A model generated the notes under the pieces. That model did not search any database, had not been told where the DNA came from, and worked only from the letters and a program-made list of their open reading frames with translations. A stretch of DNA of 64,000 bases from the NCBI GenBank assembly GCA_963824495.1, contig CAWGPQ010000008.1, positions 128,001 through 192,000 on the forward strand. Direction: 5' to 3'. Both the position numbers and the translations under genes were made by a program. Below are positions 9,655 to 19,212 of the stretch, piece after piece. Each line of letters starts with the position of its first letter. The first letter of the stretch is position 1. This DNA comes from an uncultured bacterium (GTDB lineage Bacteria; Babelota; Babeliae; Babelales; Babelaceae).

Positions 9655-10374
9655 ATGCAACTGGGTAAAAAATTATTGTTATTAAGTGCATTAAGTGTAC
9701 TATATTCGTTACAAGCAATGTGGCCAGTAGACGAAGAACAAAAAGAACAAGAGGAGCAAGAAGAACAGCTTGAAGAACTATTACCAGAACTAAGCTACAT
9801 GCTGCAGCCAGACTACCTCGGTCAAGCAAGTACGGGAGTGACTCATAGTGTGACATCTACTCTCAGTTGCGCTTCTGATAAAAGCACGTTTATACAGTGG
9901 TTATACTCTATGTATAGCACCATAACTAAAGCCTGCGATACCGACAACTCTACGCTCTTGCACATGATTATTAGTAGAGTACCTTGTCAGGAACAAGCAA
10001 CATGTATACATATGGCATTATCCTATGGTGCTGATTTGAATGCCAAGGATGCCGCAGGTATTACACCCCTTATGCTTGCAGCAGATAAAAATACTACCCA
10101 AACCATGGCGGTGCTTTTGTCATTGGGCGCAAAGGTAAACGCTACGGATAACGATGGCTCTACGGTATTGCATAGAATTGCTCAACAAAAGCATCATGCA
10201 GAACGATTAACAGAGCAATTAAACCAATTATATCTCATTTTAGATTTCAAGGGCGATATTGATAGCCTTGATAACCGCAATAGAACGCCATTTCTTGTTG
10301 CTGCGGAAATAGAAAACGTGCCAATTATGCAAGCTCTCAACACCCATAGAGCCTATCTTAATCAACTACCTTAA
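9655..10374 (+). CDS. Secreted ankyrin repeat protein
   Basis: Signal peptide ending LQA-M, acidic tract, GITPLMLAA / GSTVLH / RTPFLVAA repeats. Confidence 0.85.
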   Translation: MQLGKKLLLLSALSVLYSLQAMWPVDEEQKEQEEQEEQLEELLPELSYMLQPDYLGQASTGVTHSVTSTLSCASDKSTFIQWLYSMYSTITKACDTDNSTLLHMIISRVPCQEQATCIHMALSYGADLNAKDAAGITPLMLAADKNTTQTMAVLLSLGAKVNATDNDGSTVLHRIAQQKHHAERLTEQLNQLYLILDFKGDIDSLDNRNRTPFLVAAEIENVPIMQALNTHRAYLNQLP

Positions 10375-10455
10375 TACAGAGCAGCTTCTGGTCAACTCCT
10401 GGCGAGCATGCTACACTTACGACACAGTAGATATACCAAACGTTTCTAAGTTGCT

Positions 10456-13182
10456 TTGTCTATGATTCCTCTTAAACTACAGCTCAAGAATTTTTTAAGC
10501 TATGGTCCCGTTATGCAAACGATTGATTTTACTCCCTATCATTTAATCTGCCTTGCAGGTAAAAATGGCCATGGCAAGTCAGCGCTCTTGGATGCGCTTA
10601 CATGGGCTGTGTGGGGACAAGCACGGAAAAGTGGCGCATCACCCAAGGCAGACGAGGGGCTATTACGGCTTGGCCAAACTCAAATGCTTGTATCGCTCGA
10701 TTTTAGCTGCAATGGTAATATGTACCGTGTTCGTCGCGATTACACTGTCAGTGCCGGCAAAGGTATCGCGCATGCTGACTTTGGCATATTAGATCCGTCT
10801 ACAGGAAATTTTAAAGCATTAACCGACAAGACCATTCGAACAACGCAAGAGAAAATTGATCAAGTTATTGGTCTTACCTATGATTCTTTTGTTAATTCAG
10901 TATTTTTGCGTCAAGGCAACTCTAATGAGTTTTCCAAAAAATCGCCCAAGGATCGTAAAGAAATACTAGCAACTATTCTAGGTCTTGATCACTATGAATC
11001 TCTCCGTAAACGCTCTCTCGATAGAGCACGTCAAGCGACGTTAGAACGAGAGAATCTTATTACCTTATACGAACGGCTAACAGCTCAATTGAATCAAGAA
11101 GGAACTAGCATTGAGCAACTTAAGGAAGTAAAGCACAAGCTAGCTCACATAACAGATCAAGAGAAATATATTCATGATCAAGTAGCCAGATACGAACAAG
11201 AAAGAAAGTTGCTTGGTGAACAGCAACAACAGTGTTCTATCCTTTCGATACAACAAGACCAGCTCACTCGTCAAATACACGAACATCGACAAGTACTTCG
11301 TGACAAAGTAGAGCAATGGCGATTTGTACTCAGACAACAGCGTATCTATACAGACTACGATAAATTAGGACATGAGAAGAAAGAGCTTGAGCGAGAACTT
11401 GTTCGTATTCAAGAGCAAACTACCCAACGGCTTGAGCTGAGAGAGCGCTATATCGTAGCAAAAGAGCAAGAACAACGCTGTGTACAGCATCAAGCAGTCA
11501 AACATAACCAGCTTATGCAGTCTCATGATCAACAATGCGCTACACGTGAAATCAATCTTCAAACTATACAGGCACAATTAGTTGAACACATCAACCATAA
11601 CTATGAACTTGAGCAAGAATATAGAGCTACTCAAGAACAGCATGAGACACAAGCAGCAAAGCTCAAGCATTATGCAACATATGATACAACCCTTAAAGAG
11701 CTTGAGAAAGAATTTGAACGTCGTAAAATGTTTTATCACAAGTTTATAACACGAGGCAATCACCTTAAAACTGAACTTAAAAATCTCGCGCATAAGAAGA
11801 AACTTGCCGGTGATGGTCAAAGGCCAAGTTGTCCCTTGTGTGAACAACATCTTTCACATGAACATAAACGATTGCTCGAAAGTAAATTTCATGAACAAGA
11901 ATCATTTTTTGTTCATCAACTCACCCGGTTGGGCTCAGTAATCAAAAAACTAAAATCACTGCTTATAGACCAGCATGAGCACATTAATCATATAAAAAAC
12001 AAGCGCGAAGAAAGAAATCGACTTGTTATTATGAGTGATGAGCTCGAAAAAAAGCTCGTAAGGCTGAGCACACTCATCGCGGAACATGAGATAAAAAAAT
12101 CAGCCCTTGAGCACTTAGTGAGCGAAGCTCAGGCAGCTCTTACACAAGCAACTCACATGCGAGATGAGCAGGTGCATGCGCATGAGCATTTTTTGGCTGA
12201 AAACATAGAATTACGCCAACTTCAAGAACAGGCTATGCAGTATGACATGCAATTAGCAACCCTCGTATATAACATGGAGCATCATACGAATATTACACAA
12301 CGACTTGCCAGCATTAGTCAACAGCTAACCGTAGCTTCTGAGATTGTACAACAAAGTATTTTGCAGCAACAACGCAAAAAAGAGATTCATGAACACTGCA
12401 ACATGCTTAAAAGCTTAAAGATTGTGCAAAAAAATCTTGAACGAGAACTGCTTATGTATAGCAATCTTGATCGTAAGCTCTATCTTATAGAGCAACAGCA
12501 GGTAGAGCTTGCACAACATCTTAAAACGCTTGTGAAAGAAAAAGAAGTGCTTGTACGAGAAACAGGATCCCTAGAACAACAAATTCGTATGTTTGAGCAG
12601 CATACTCAAGAAGCTCAGGATTACAGTAAACGTATGAGTGAACTTGAAATAATAGCAACTGAATATCAGGCTATCGCTCAAGCACTCGGCAAAGATGGCA
12701 TACAAGGGCTTTTGATTGAGGATGCTATACCAGAAATTGAGCAAGAAGCTAATGCTCTTCTGAGTAAATTAACTGATAACCAAGCTCATCTTATGATTGA
12801 ATCCCTGCGTGATCTTAAAAGCGGTGGCACTAAAGAAACGCTGGATATTAAGATTTCCGATGCGCTAGGCATACGGCCTTATGAGCTCTTCTCCGGCGGT
12901 GAAGCATTTCGCATAGATTTTGCACTGCGTATTGCTCTTTCTAAGCTTTTGGCGCGACGCGGAGGGACATCGTTACAAATGCTGATAATTGACGAGGGCT
13001 TTGGCTCACAAGATGAAGAAGGACTTTCGCATATTATGGATGCTCTTCATAAGATTCAAGATGATTTTGCTAAAATTATTATTGTTTCTCATTTGCAGAA
13101 CATGAAAGAGCAATTTCCTGTCCAATTACTCGTTCATAAAGGTCCTAATGGTAGTCTCGTGCGTATTGTCGAGCAGGGTTAA
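10456..13182 (+). CDS. sbcC: SMC-like ATPase SbcC/Rad50
   Basis: Walker A GKNGHGKS, long coiled coils, central CPLC zinc hook, FSGGE signature, IIDEGFGSQD Walker B; start may be ATG 10462. Confidence 0.88.
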   Translation: MSMIPLKLQLKNFLSYGPVMQTIDFTPYHLICLAGKNGHGKSALLDALTWAVWGQARKSGASPKADEGLLRLGQTQMLVSLDFSCNGNMYRVRRDYTVSAGKGIAHADFGILDPSTGNFKALTDKTIRTTQEKIDQVIGLTYDSFVNSVFLRQGNSNEFSKKSPKDRKEILATILGLDHYESLRKRSLDRARQATLERENLITLYERLTAQLNQEGTSIEQLKEVKHKLAHITDQEKYIHDQVARYEQERKLLGEQQQQCSILSIQQDQLTRQIHEHRQVLRDKVEQWRFVLRQQRIYTDYDKLGHEKKELERELVRIQEQTTQRLELRERYIVAKEQEQRCVQHQAVKHNQLMQSHDQQCATREINLQTIQAQLVEHINHNYELEQEYRATQEQHETQAAKLKHYATYDTTLKELEKEFERRKMFYHKFITRGNHLKTELKNLAHKKKLAGDGQRPSCPLCEQHLSHEHKRLLESKFHEQESFFVHQLTRLGSVIKKLKSLLIDQHEHINHIKNKREERNRLVIMSDELEKKLVRLSTLIAEHEIKKSALEHLVSEAQAALTQATHMRDEQVHAHEHFLAENIELRQLQEQAMQYDMQLATLVYNMEHHTNITQRLASISQQLTVASEIVQQSILQQQRKKEIHEHCNMLKSLKIVQKNLERELLMYSNLDRKLYLIEQQQVELAQHLKTLVKEKEVLVRETGSLEQQIRMFEQHTQEAQDYSKRMSELEIIATEYQAIAQALGKDGIQGLLIEDAIPEIEQEANALLSKLTDNQAHLMIESLRDLKSGGTKETLDIKISDALGIRPYELFSGGEAFRIDFALRIALSKLLARRGGTSLQMLIIDEGFGSQDEEGLSHIMDALHKIQDDFAKIIIVSHLQNMKEQFPVQLLVHKGPNGSLVRIVEQG

Positions 13183-13187
13183 TTAAG

Positions 13188-14261
13188 CTATCTGTATAGA
13201 TTAAACGACCGAACGGTTTTTTCATTTACCCCAATATCTTCTCGTAAAAACTTTAAGGCATCAAGCGCTGCTTTACTTCCATCACCCATAGCAACAATAG
13301 CCTGCCTATAATCTTGATCACATACGTCACCAGCTGCAAAAATACCACGAATTGATGTTTCCTGATGGTGGATAAGACGAATATAACCATCACTTGTAAG
13401 CTGCAGAAATCGTTTAAAAAGCTCAGCATTAGGGTTATGTCCTATAGCTAAGAATAGACCCTGAACAGGAAATAACGATTGCTCTTTCGTTTGTGTGTCT
13501 TCTAACCACACGTGTGTAATCTCCTGACCATTACCACATATTTCTATAATGTGCTTATTATAAACAATTGAAATATTATCGTAGGTGGTAAGGCGTGCAC
13601 GAACGTGAGGAGCTGCACGCATGTGATGTGATCGTACAAAAAGTGTGACGGTTCGTGCGTAAGCAGCCAAAAGCTCAGCTTGCTCTATGGCAGAATCGCC
13701 ACCCCCGACAATGGCCACATCGGCATCTCGATAGAGAGGCGCATCGCATACAGCACAGGTAGAAACACCACGACCAAAATAGGTTTTTTCGCCGGAAACA
13801 CCAAGCAATCGAGCTGAAGCACCTGTCGCAATAATTACCGTTAAAGCATTAAGTTTTAAGCCCTGCTCAGTAATTATTTTAAAGGGCCACTCAAAAAAGT
13901 CGACATCTGTCACGGTATCATAGAGCATACGTGCGCCAAATAACTCAGCTTGTATACGAAGTTTTTCAACAATATCATAGCCTGGCATAGCATCAACAGC
14001 AGGTATATTTTCTACTTTCGCCGAGCCCATAAGTTGACCACCAGGCTCAGATCCTGCAATTATCAATGCTGGCATATGCGCCCGCCCTGCATATAAAGCA
14101 GCTGCATAACCAGCTGGTCCAGCACCAATAATTGCTAAAGGAACCAGATTATCTTGCTGTACTGCTAATAATGGATCGTATACAGTAAAATTTTTAAGCT
14201 TAGTTGCGATAGATAAAGATAGTATTAAGCTCAGGCAAACAGGTATAATGGATTTTTTCAT
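13188..14261 (-). CDS. trxB: Thioredoxin-disulfide reductase with N-terminal signal-like extension
   Basis: GAGPAG, IIATGA, CAVCD, VGGGDSA, FAAGDV; start placed at ATG 14261 (MKKSIIPVCLSLILSLSIA). Confidence 0.9.
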   Translation of the reverse strand: MKKSIIPVCLSLILSLSIATKLKNFTVYDPLLAVQQDNLVPLAIIGAGPAGYAAALYAGRAHMPALIIAGSEPGGQLMGSAKVENIPAVDAMPGYDIVEKLRIQAELFGARMLYDTVTDVDFFEWPFKIITEQGLKLNALTVIIATGASARLLGVSGEKTYFGRGVSTCAVCDAPLYRDADVAIVGGGDSAIEQAELLAAYARTVTLFVRSHHMRAAPHVRARLTTYDNISIVYNKHIIEICGNGQEITHVWLEDTQTKEQSLFPVQGLFLAIGHNPNAELFKRFLQLTSDGYIRLIHHQETSIRGIFAAGDVCDQDYRQAIVAMGDGSKAALDALKFLREDIGVNEKTVRSFNLYR

Positions 14262-14319
14262 ACTGGTATCTCTCTTATCAGGTAGACCGTTAATCTGCGA
14301 TAAAGATACCAAAGAAGTG

Positions 14320-14366
14320 AAAAAAAAGATAAGCGCTCTTCTTAAAATATCAAGAAGAGCGCTTAT
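14320..14366 (-). terminator. Intrinsic terminator, candidate end of the ribosomal superoperon transcript
   Basis: 15-bp perfect stem ATAAGCGCTCTTCTT/AAGAAGAGCGCTTAT followed on the minus strand by a T run. Confidence 0.85.
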
Positions 14367-14387
14367 AGAGCTTATAATCAGCAGTAG

Positions 14388-14939
14388 TTAACAGTTGTCG
14401 TATTCACTCATGGCATTGATGGCGCCAAAAAGCCCACTAAATAACTGAGGGGCCCAGTGCTGCTGTACCTGTCGAACAACCGGACGAACAACTGGCTGAA
14501 CAACAACGGTTGTTGAACGTTCTCGCGCAGCTGGACGAGGAACATACCTATAGGTTGTCGTCTCTAAAGCATAATCGTCTTCTTCGTAGTCTGAGCTATA
14601 ATCGTTGTAGTCTTCATACTGCGTATAATAGACTTTTGGTCTTGTGTAACGCTGTTTACGATACCCACGCTTAAAACAAACAACCTCGGGCCGACGCTTT
14701 TTCACACACATGACTTCTTCACGTTCTGGCTCAGACACACAAACCGGCTTACAAACGACAGGTTTGCATACCGGTTTGCATACCGGTTGGGGATGGGTAG
14801 AGCATTGTGTAGGGCATGATGCGCTAACGCCGAATGAAACATTCACTCCTGCATGTGCTATGCCGAAAGGCATTGTTGCGGAAAGCACCGATGTCATGAG
14901 GCTGAGAGTTAAAAATTTACGTCTCATGTTCATGTTCAT
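14388..14939 (-). CDS. Secreted Cys-rich / Tyr-acidic hypothetical protein
   Basis: GAGGAG RBS before ATG 14939; signal peptide ending AHA; PVCK repeats; YEDYNDYSSDYEEDDY tract. Confidence 0.75.
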   Translation of the reverse strand: MNMNMRRKFLTLSLMTSVLSATMPFGIAHAGVNVSFGVSASCPTQCSTHPQPVCKPVCKPVVCKPVCVSEPEREEVMCVKKRRPEVVCFKRGYRKQRYTRPKVYYTQYEDYNDYSSDYEEDDYALETTTYRYVPRPAARERSTTVVVQPVVRPVVRQVQQHWAPQLFSGLFGAINAMSEYDNC

Positions 14940-15010
14940 AGAGGGCTCCTCTTGTCTACTGGTTAAACTAACACATCTAAGTATTAGTTTATCAGACAAA
15001 TAGAGATAGT

Positions 15011-15370
15011 CTAGAGCACCCATTCAAGTCGGGCTTGCTCGGCAGTATCACTTGCACGACGCCCTAATGGTATTATACGAGTATAACCCCCAGGTCGCTG
15101 TACGTAGCGAGGTGCTATTTCTGTAAAAAGTTTAACCAATGCTTCTTCTTTATAGGGCAATAGTGCTTTAGCTCGACGACGTGCATTAAATGTATTCCCT
15201 TCACGTGCAAGCGTTACGAGCTTTTCTGCAAATTTACGAACCTCTTTTATACGTGGCTTCGTTGAAATAATAGTACCATGCATAATAAGCATAATAGCCT
15301 GGTTACGCATAACGGCACGTTTATGAGATGGACTCATATTAAGCTTTTTTTTACCGCTTTGATGTCTCAT
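15011..15370 (-). CDS. rplQ: 50S ribosomal protein L17
   Basis: MRHQ...RPGGYTRI; follows rpoA; start placed at ATG 15370. Confidence 0.97.
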   Translation of the reverse strand: MRHQSGKKKLNMSPSHKRAVMRNQAIMLIMHGTIISTKPRIKEVRKFAEKLVTLAREGNTFNARRRAKALLPYKEEALVKLFTEIAPRYVQRPGGYTRIIPLGRRASDTAEQARLEWVL

Positions 15371-16415
15371 GTTCAAGCTCTCTTTCTTGAAGTTTCTTAA
15401 TATCTGATTCTTTTATATGCATACCAAAAGAAAGCCCATACGCTCCCAGACCCTCTTTAACTTCTTCATATGACTTACGTCCAAAGTTTTTAATCTTAAG
15501 CACTTGATCTTCCGTTAAATTTACCAAATCTATAACGTGCTTAATACCAGCCTGCACTAAGCAGTTTTGCGCGCGAACGGAGAATTCCAATACATCGATA
15601 GGCTTAAGCAGAAGATCTAAGGGAACACCCTTGAGATTCTCCACATGATCTTCTGCCGATTTTTCATGGGGATTATCGCTTGATGGTGCCAATATGTTAT
15701 TAAATGGTATGCCTGATGCTGCTATAAAATGCTCAAACTGCGTAAGCAATACTGATACAGCATAATGTACAGCATCTGATGGTGCAATAGTACCATCAGT
15801 TGTTATACCTAAAAGCAACCTATCGTAATCGATATCTCTGCCTACGCGTGTTTTCTCAACGTCATAGGTAACTTTACGCACGGGAGAAAACATGGCATCT
15901 AAATAAATCCGGTCATCCTCTTGTAACGCCTGACCGAGCGGCCAGCGTGCTGGCTGATAACCACGACCGGACTCGACAAAAAATTCTATATCAAGCGTCC
16001 CACCAGGGGCAACGTGAGCGATTATATGGTCTTTATTTAAGGCTTCTAGGTGCTCATCTGCTACAATATCAGTTACGCGCGCAATAGACTCTCCGGTAAT
16101 ATGTAACGACATTTTACCTGGTCTGCCTGTTGTATTACGCACAATAATTTCTTTAATGTTGAGAATAACTTGAAGCGTATCTTCAATAACACCTGGTAGT
16201 GGTAAAAATTCATTATTTACCTGTTTAATAATGACCGCGGTAACAGCAGAACCTTCGACCCCCCCTAAAAGAATACGTCGTAACGCATTACCAAGGGTAA
16301 TGCCAAACCCAGGTTCAAGAGGTTGCGCCACTAACTCACCATAGGTAGCGGTAAGCGTATCTTTATTCCAGCTGAGTCGCGGAATCGTTAAGGGTTGATA
16401 CTCCTTTCTATTCAT
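15351..16415 (-). CDS. rpoA: RNA polymerase alpha subunit
   Basis: PLEPGFGITLGNALRRILL; CTD NFGRKS. Confidence 0.98.
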   Translation of the reverse strand: MNRKEYQPLTIPRLSWNKDTLTATYGELVAQPLEPGFGITLGNALRRILLGGVEGSAVTAVIIKQVNNEFLPLPGVIEDTLQVILNIKEIIVRNTTGRPGKMSLHITGESIARVTDIVADEHLEALNKDHIIAHVAPGGTLDIEFFVESGRGYQPARWPLGQALQEDDRIYLDAMFSPVRKVTYDVEKTRVGRDIDYDRLLLGITTDGTIAPSDAVHYAVSVLLTQFEHFIAASGIPFNNILAPSSDNPHEKSAEDHVENLKGVPLDLLLKPIDVLEFSVRAQNCLVQAGIKHVIDLVNLTEDQVLKIKNFGRKSYEEVKEGLGAYGLSFGMHIKESDIKKLQERELEHETSKR

Positions 16416-16481
16416 TGAAACTCCTGAAGCTTAGAATCATATGTATCACCATTACCTAAGAAATAATCTAAGAGATACTTG

Positions 16482-17072
16482 TTATTTAGAATACAATTCG
16501 ATAATTAAATGTTCTTCTATAGGTGCTTGAATGTCTGCTCGAACTGGATTACGTAGGACACGCCCTTTGCGTCCCTTTCTATCTAATTCTAGCCACTCCG
16601 GTACCTTAATACTTGTTTGTAAGCGCTTGTCAACAACCTGCTCAAGAAACGTGGTTTTTTGAGCAACCTGAGGAGCAAGAGTAATCTCATCATTAACCGC
16701 AACGAGATAGGATGGCGAATAGACACGTTCTCCATTAACAAGGATATGTCCATGCGTAATACTTTGTCGGGCTTGACGACGAGTAGAAGCAAACTTAAGC
16801 CGATATATAACATTATCAAGACGGCGCTCGAGCAAACTCAACAAGAGCTCACCAGTTGCAGCACGGCTTTTTGAAGCAATACTAAAAAATCTTTTAAACT
16901 GACGCTCTCGCATACCGTATATTGATTTTACTTTTTGTTTTTCTTGTAATTGACGGCCATACTCAGTAAGCTTACGAGGTTTTTTGCCACCACGTTGCTC
17001 ATTACGCTCAGCTCGAGCCGGACGCTCACCTTGAGACGTAGATTTTCTTTCCATAGCTACACGCTCTTTCAT
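16482..17072 (-). CDS. rpsD: 30S ribosomal protein S4, divergent N-terminus
   Basis: [27 protein letters not shown]. Confidence 0.97.
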   Translation of the reverse strand: MKERVAMERKSTSQGERPARAERNEQRGGKKPRKLTEYGRQLQEKQKVKSIYGMRERQFKRFFSIASKSRAATGELLLSLLERRLDNVIYRLKFASTRRQARQSITHGHILVNGERVYSPSYLVAVNDEITLAPQVAQKTTFLEQVVDKRLQTSIKVPEWLELDRKGRKGRVLRNPVRADIQAPIEEHLIIELYSK

Positions 17073-17096
17073 AAATACAGGTAACTTTTATATAGC

Positions 17097-17480
17097 TTAT
17101 ACGCGGCGTTTTTTAGGCGAACGACATCCATTATGCGGCAATGGTGTTACGTCACGAAGTACAGAAATATCAAATCCTGAAGCTTGTAGTGAACGCACGA
17201 ATGAATCGCGCCCCGATCCAGGTCCTCGAAGGTTTACCTCTACCTGTTTTATTCCCAATGATACCATTTCTTTAGCAAGACTGGTACCAATTTGTGTTGC
17301 AGCGAAGGGCGTGCCTTTGCGGGCACCTTTAAAGCCTAATTTTCCAGCACTCCCTCGCAAAAGAACATCTCCTTCGGGAGTTGTAATAGTAACAAGCGTA
17401 TTATTAAACGTAGATTTGACGTGTGCTATCGCAGAATCTACCAAACGCCTTACTTTTTTTGACTTCTTTTTATAGGTCAT
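17097..17480 (-). CDS. rpsK: 30S ribosomal protein S11
   Basis: STFNNT, GTPFAA, DVTPLPHNGCR. Confidence 0.98.
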   Translation of the reverse strand: MTYKKKSKKVRRLVDSAIAHVKSTFNNTLVTITTPEGDVLLRGSAGKLGFKGARKGTPFAATQIGTSLAKEMVSLGIKQVEVNLRGPGSGRDSFVRSLQASGFDISVLRDVTPLPHNGCRSPKKRRV

Positions 17481-17515
17481 TCTATCCTCATGCTCATGCT
17501 ATATTATTTTCTAAG

Positions 17516-17905
17516 TTATTTCTTGGTTACTTTGCGCTTAAGTGCTATCGCTGCTCCTGCCTTACGTGGACCTTTACGTGTACGAGCATTTGTTTTTGTA
17601 CGCTGTCCCCGTGTAGGAAGTGATCGCTTATGGCGCAGCCCCCTATATGATCCAATATCTTGCAAGCGCTTAATATTATTTTTAATTTCCTTACGAAGAT
17701 CACCTTCAGTAATATAATTGCCGGAAATTTCTTTTTGGATAGCTGCAATTTCTTCGTCAGCAAGATCTCTAACCCTCTTGTCAAAACTAATACGAAGTTT
17801 CGTTAAAATATCGCGCGATCCTTTAAGCCCTATGCCATAAATATAGGGCAGTGCATATTCGATACGCTTATCATTGGGAAGATTTACGCCCTCAATTCTT
17901 GCCAT
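17516..17905 (-). CDS. rpsM: 30S ribosomal protein S13
   Basis: [24 protein letters not shown]. Confidence 0.98.
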   Translation of the reverse strand: MARIEGVNLPNDKRIEYALPYIYGIGLKGSRDILTKLRISFDKRVRDLADEEIAAIQKEISGNYITEGDLRKEIKNNIKRLQDIGSYRGLRHKRSLPTRGQRTKTNARTRKGPRKAGAAIALKRKVTKK

Positions 17906-17938
17906 AATGTCCTCTCACAGACTCTCATAAAGTTTATT

Positions 17939-18055
17939 TTACCCCTGACGCTGCTTATGTCGGGGATCTTTTTTGCAAATAATTCTTACAATACGTGCGC
18001 GATTAATAACACGACAATCGCGGCATATACGCTTAACTGATGTTCTTACTTTCAT
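17939..18055 (-). CDS. rpmJ: 50S ribosomal protein L36, Zn-ribbon type; not in the ORF track
   Basis: Manual translation [38 protein letters not shown]. Confidence 0.97.
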   Translation of the reverse strand: MKVRTSVKRICRDCRVINRARIVRIICKKDPRHKQRQG

Positions 18056-18083
18056 GTGACGCATCCCTTATTTCATACTACTT

Positions 18084-18323
18084 TTACGATCGATCACTCT
18101 TATACCGTAAAACGATCCTACCTTTGGTCAGATCATAAGGAGAAAGTTCTACGGCAACTTTATCTCCTGGTATTAAACGTATATAGTTCATACGCATTTT
18201 ACCCGAAATATGTCCTAATACCAAATGCCCACCTTCAATTTCTACACGAAACATAGCATTGGGTAATGTTTCTTTAACAACGCCATCAACACGGATAACG
18301 TCATCTTTTTCTTTAATTTTCAT
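18084..18323 (-). CDS. infA: Translation initiation factor IF-1
   Basis: [30 protein letters not shown]. Confidence 0.98.
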   Translation of the reverse strand: MKIKEKDDVIRVDGVVKETLPNAMFRVEIEGGHLVLGHISGKMRMNYIRLIPGDKVAVELSPYDLTKGRIVLRYKSDRS

Positions 18324-18350
18324 GCAACTCTCACACCTATAAAATCGTGC

Positions 18351-19100
18351 TTATAATCTTGTTACAATTTCTGGGCCATGTTCGGTAATAATAACCGTAT
18401 CTTCCACATGAGCAGCTAAGCTGCCATCAACCGTCTTTGCTGTCCATCCATCGGAAGCAATACAGATCGCGGGACTACCAGCCGTAATAATTGGCTCAAG
18501 CGCAAGCGTCATCCCTGCTTTTAACAGGGGACCACGGCCAGGTTTACCATAATTAAGAATCTCCGGGTCCTCATGCATACGTCGCCCAATACCATGTCCA
18601 GCAAATTCTCGTACAACAGCGTATCCCTGTGACTCAGTTGTACACTGGATTGCTGCCGAAATATCACCCACACGATTGTGAGGTATTGCTTGGCTAATTC
18701 CGTTATTGAGTGCATCCCATGCCACTGACACAAGCTTTTGAGCTTCAGGGTTACCCTGTCCTGCAAAAAAACAACGAGTCATATCGGCACAATACCCTTT
18801 CCATGCGGCACAAACGTCAATCTTAACCAGATCATGTTGCTTGAGTGTGCTGTTGCTATGAGGAACACCATGCACCACTTCGTCGTTAACTGATATACAA
18901 CTTACGTGCCTATATCCGTGATATCCCTGCGTCTGCGATACCATATGAATACGGTTCAGCCAACCAGCAATCCACGTATCAAGCTCAAGCGTGCTTATGC
19001 CAGGAACCACCTGGTATTTGAGCTCTTCAAACATTTCGGCCAAATGTTTTCCTGCTACAGTAAGTGTTTCAAGAGCATGCTTATTTTTTAATGTAATCAT
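18351..19100 (-). CDS. map: Type I methionine aminopeptidase
   Basis: CISVNDEVVHG, GHGIG..MHEDP, AAHVEDT. Confidence 0.97.
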   Translation of the reverse strand: MITLKNKHALETLTVAGKHLAEMFEELKYQVVPGISTLELDTWIAGWLNRIHMVSQTQGYHGYRHVSCISVNDEVVHGVPHSNSTLKQHDLVKIDVCAAWKGYCADMTRCFFAGQGNPEAQKLVSVAWDALNNGISQAIPHNRVGDISAAIQCTTESQGYAVVREFAGHGIGRRMHEDPEILNYGKPGRGPLLKAGMTLALEPIITAGSPAICIASDGWTAKTVDGSLAAHVEDTVIITEHGPEIVTRL

Positions 19101-19212
19101 TCAAAGTCTTCATGCAAAGTCTTCATGGTGAGCGTAAAAGGCTATCAGAAATAGTTTACCAGATTTTACCATAAAATCTACCGATGAATCTACCGGATAA
19201 CCATTTCGTATA

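Noticed and set aside
10340..10374. The 9655 ankyrin protein ends in NQLP, like the start of an F-box
   Set aside because: The stop follows at once, and the in-frame sequence after it does not continue the motif.
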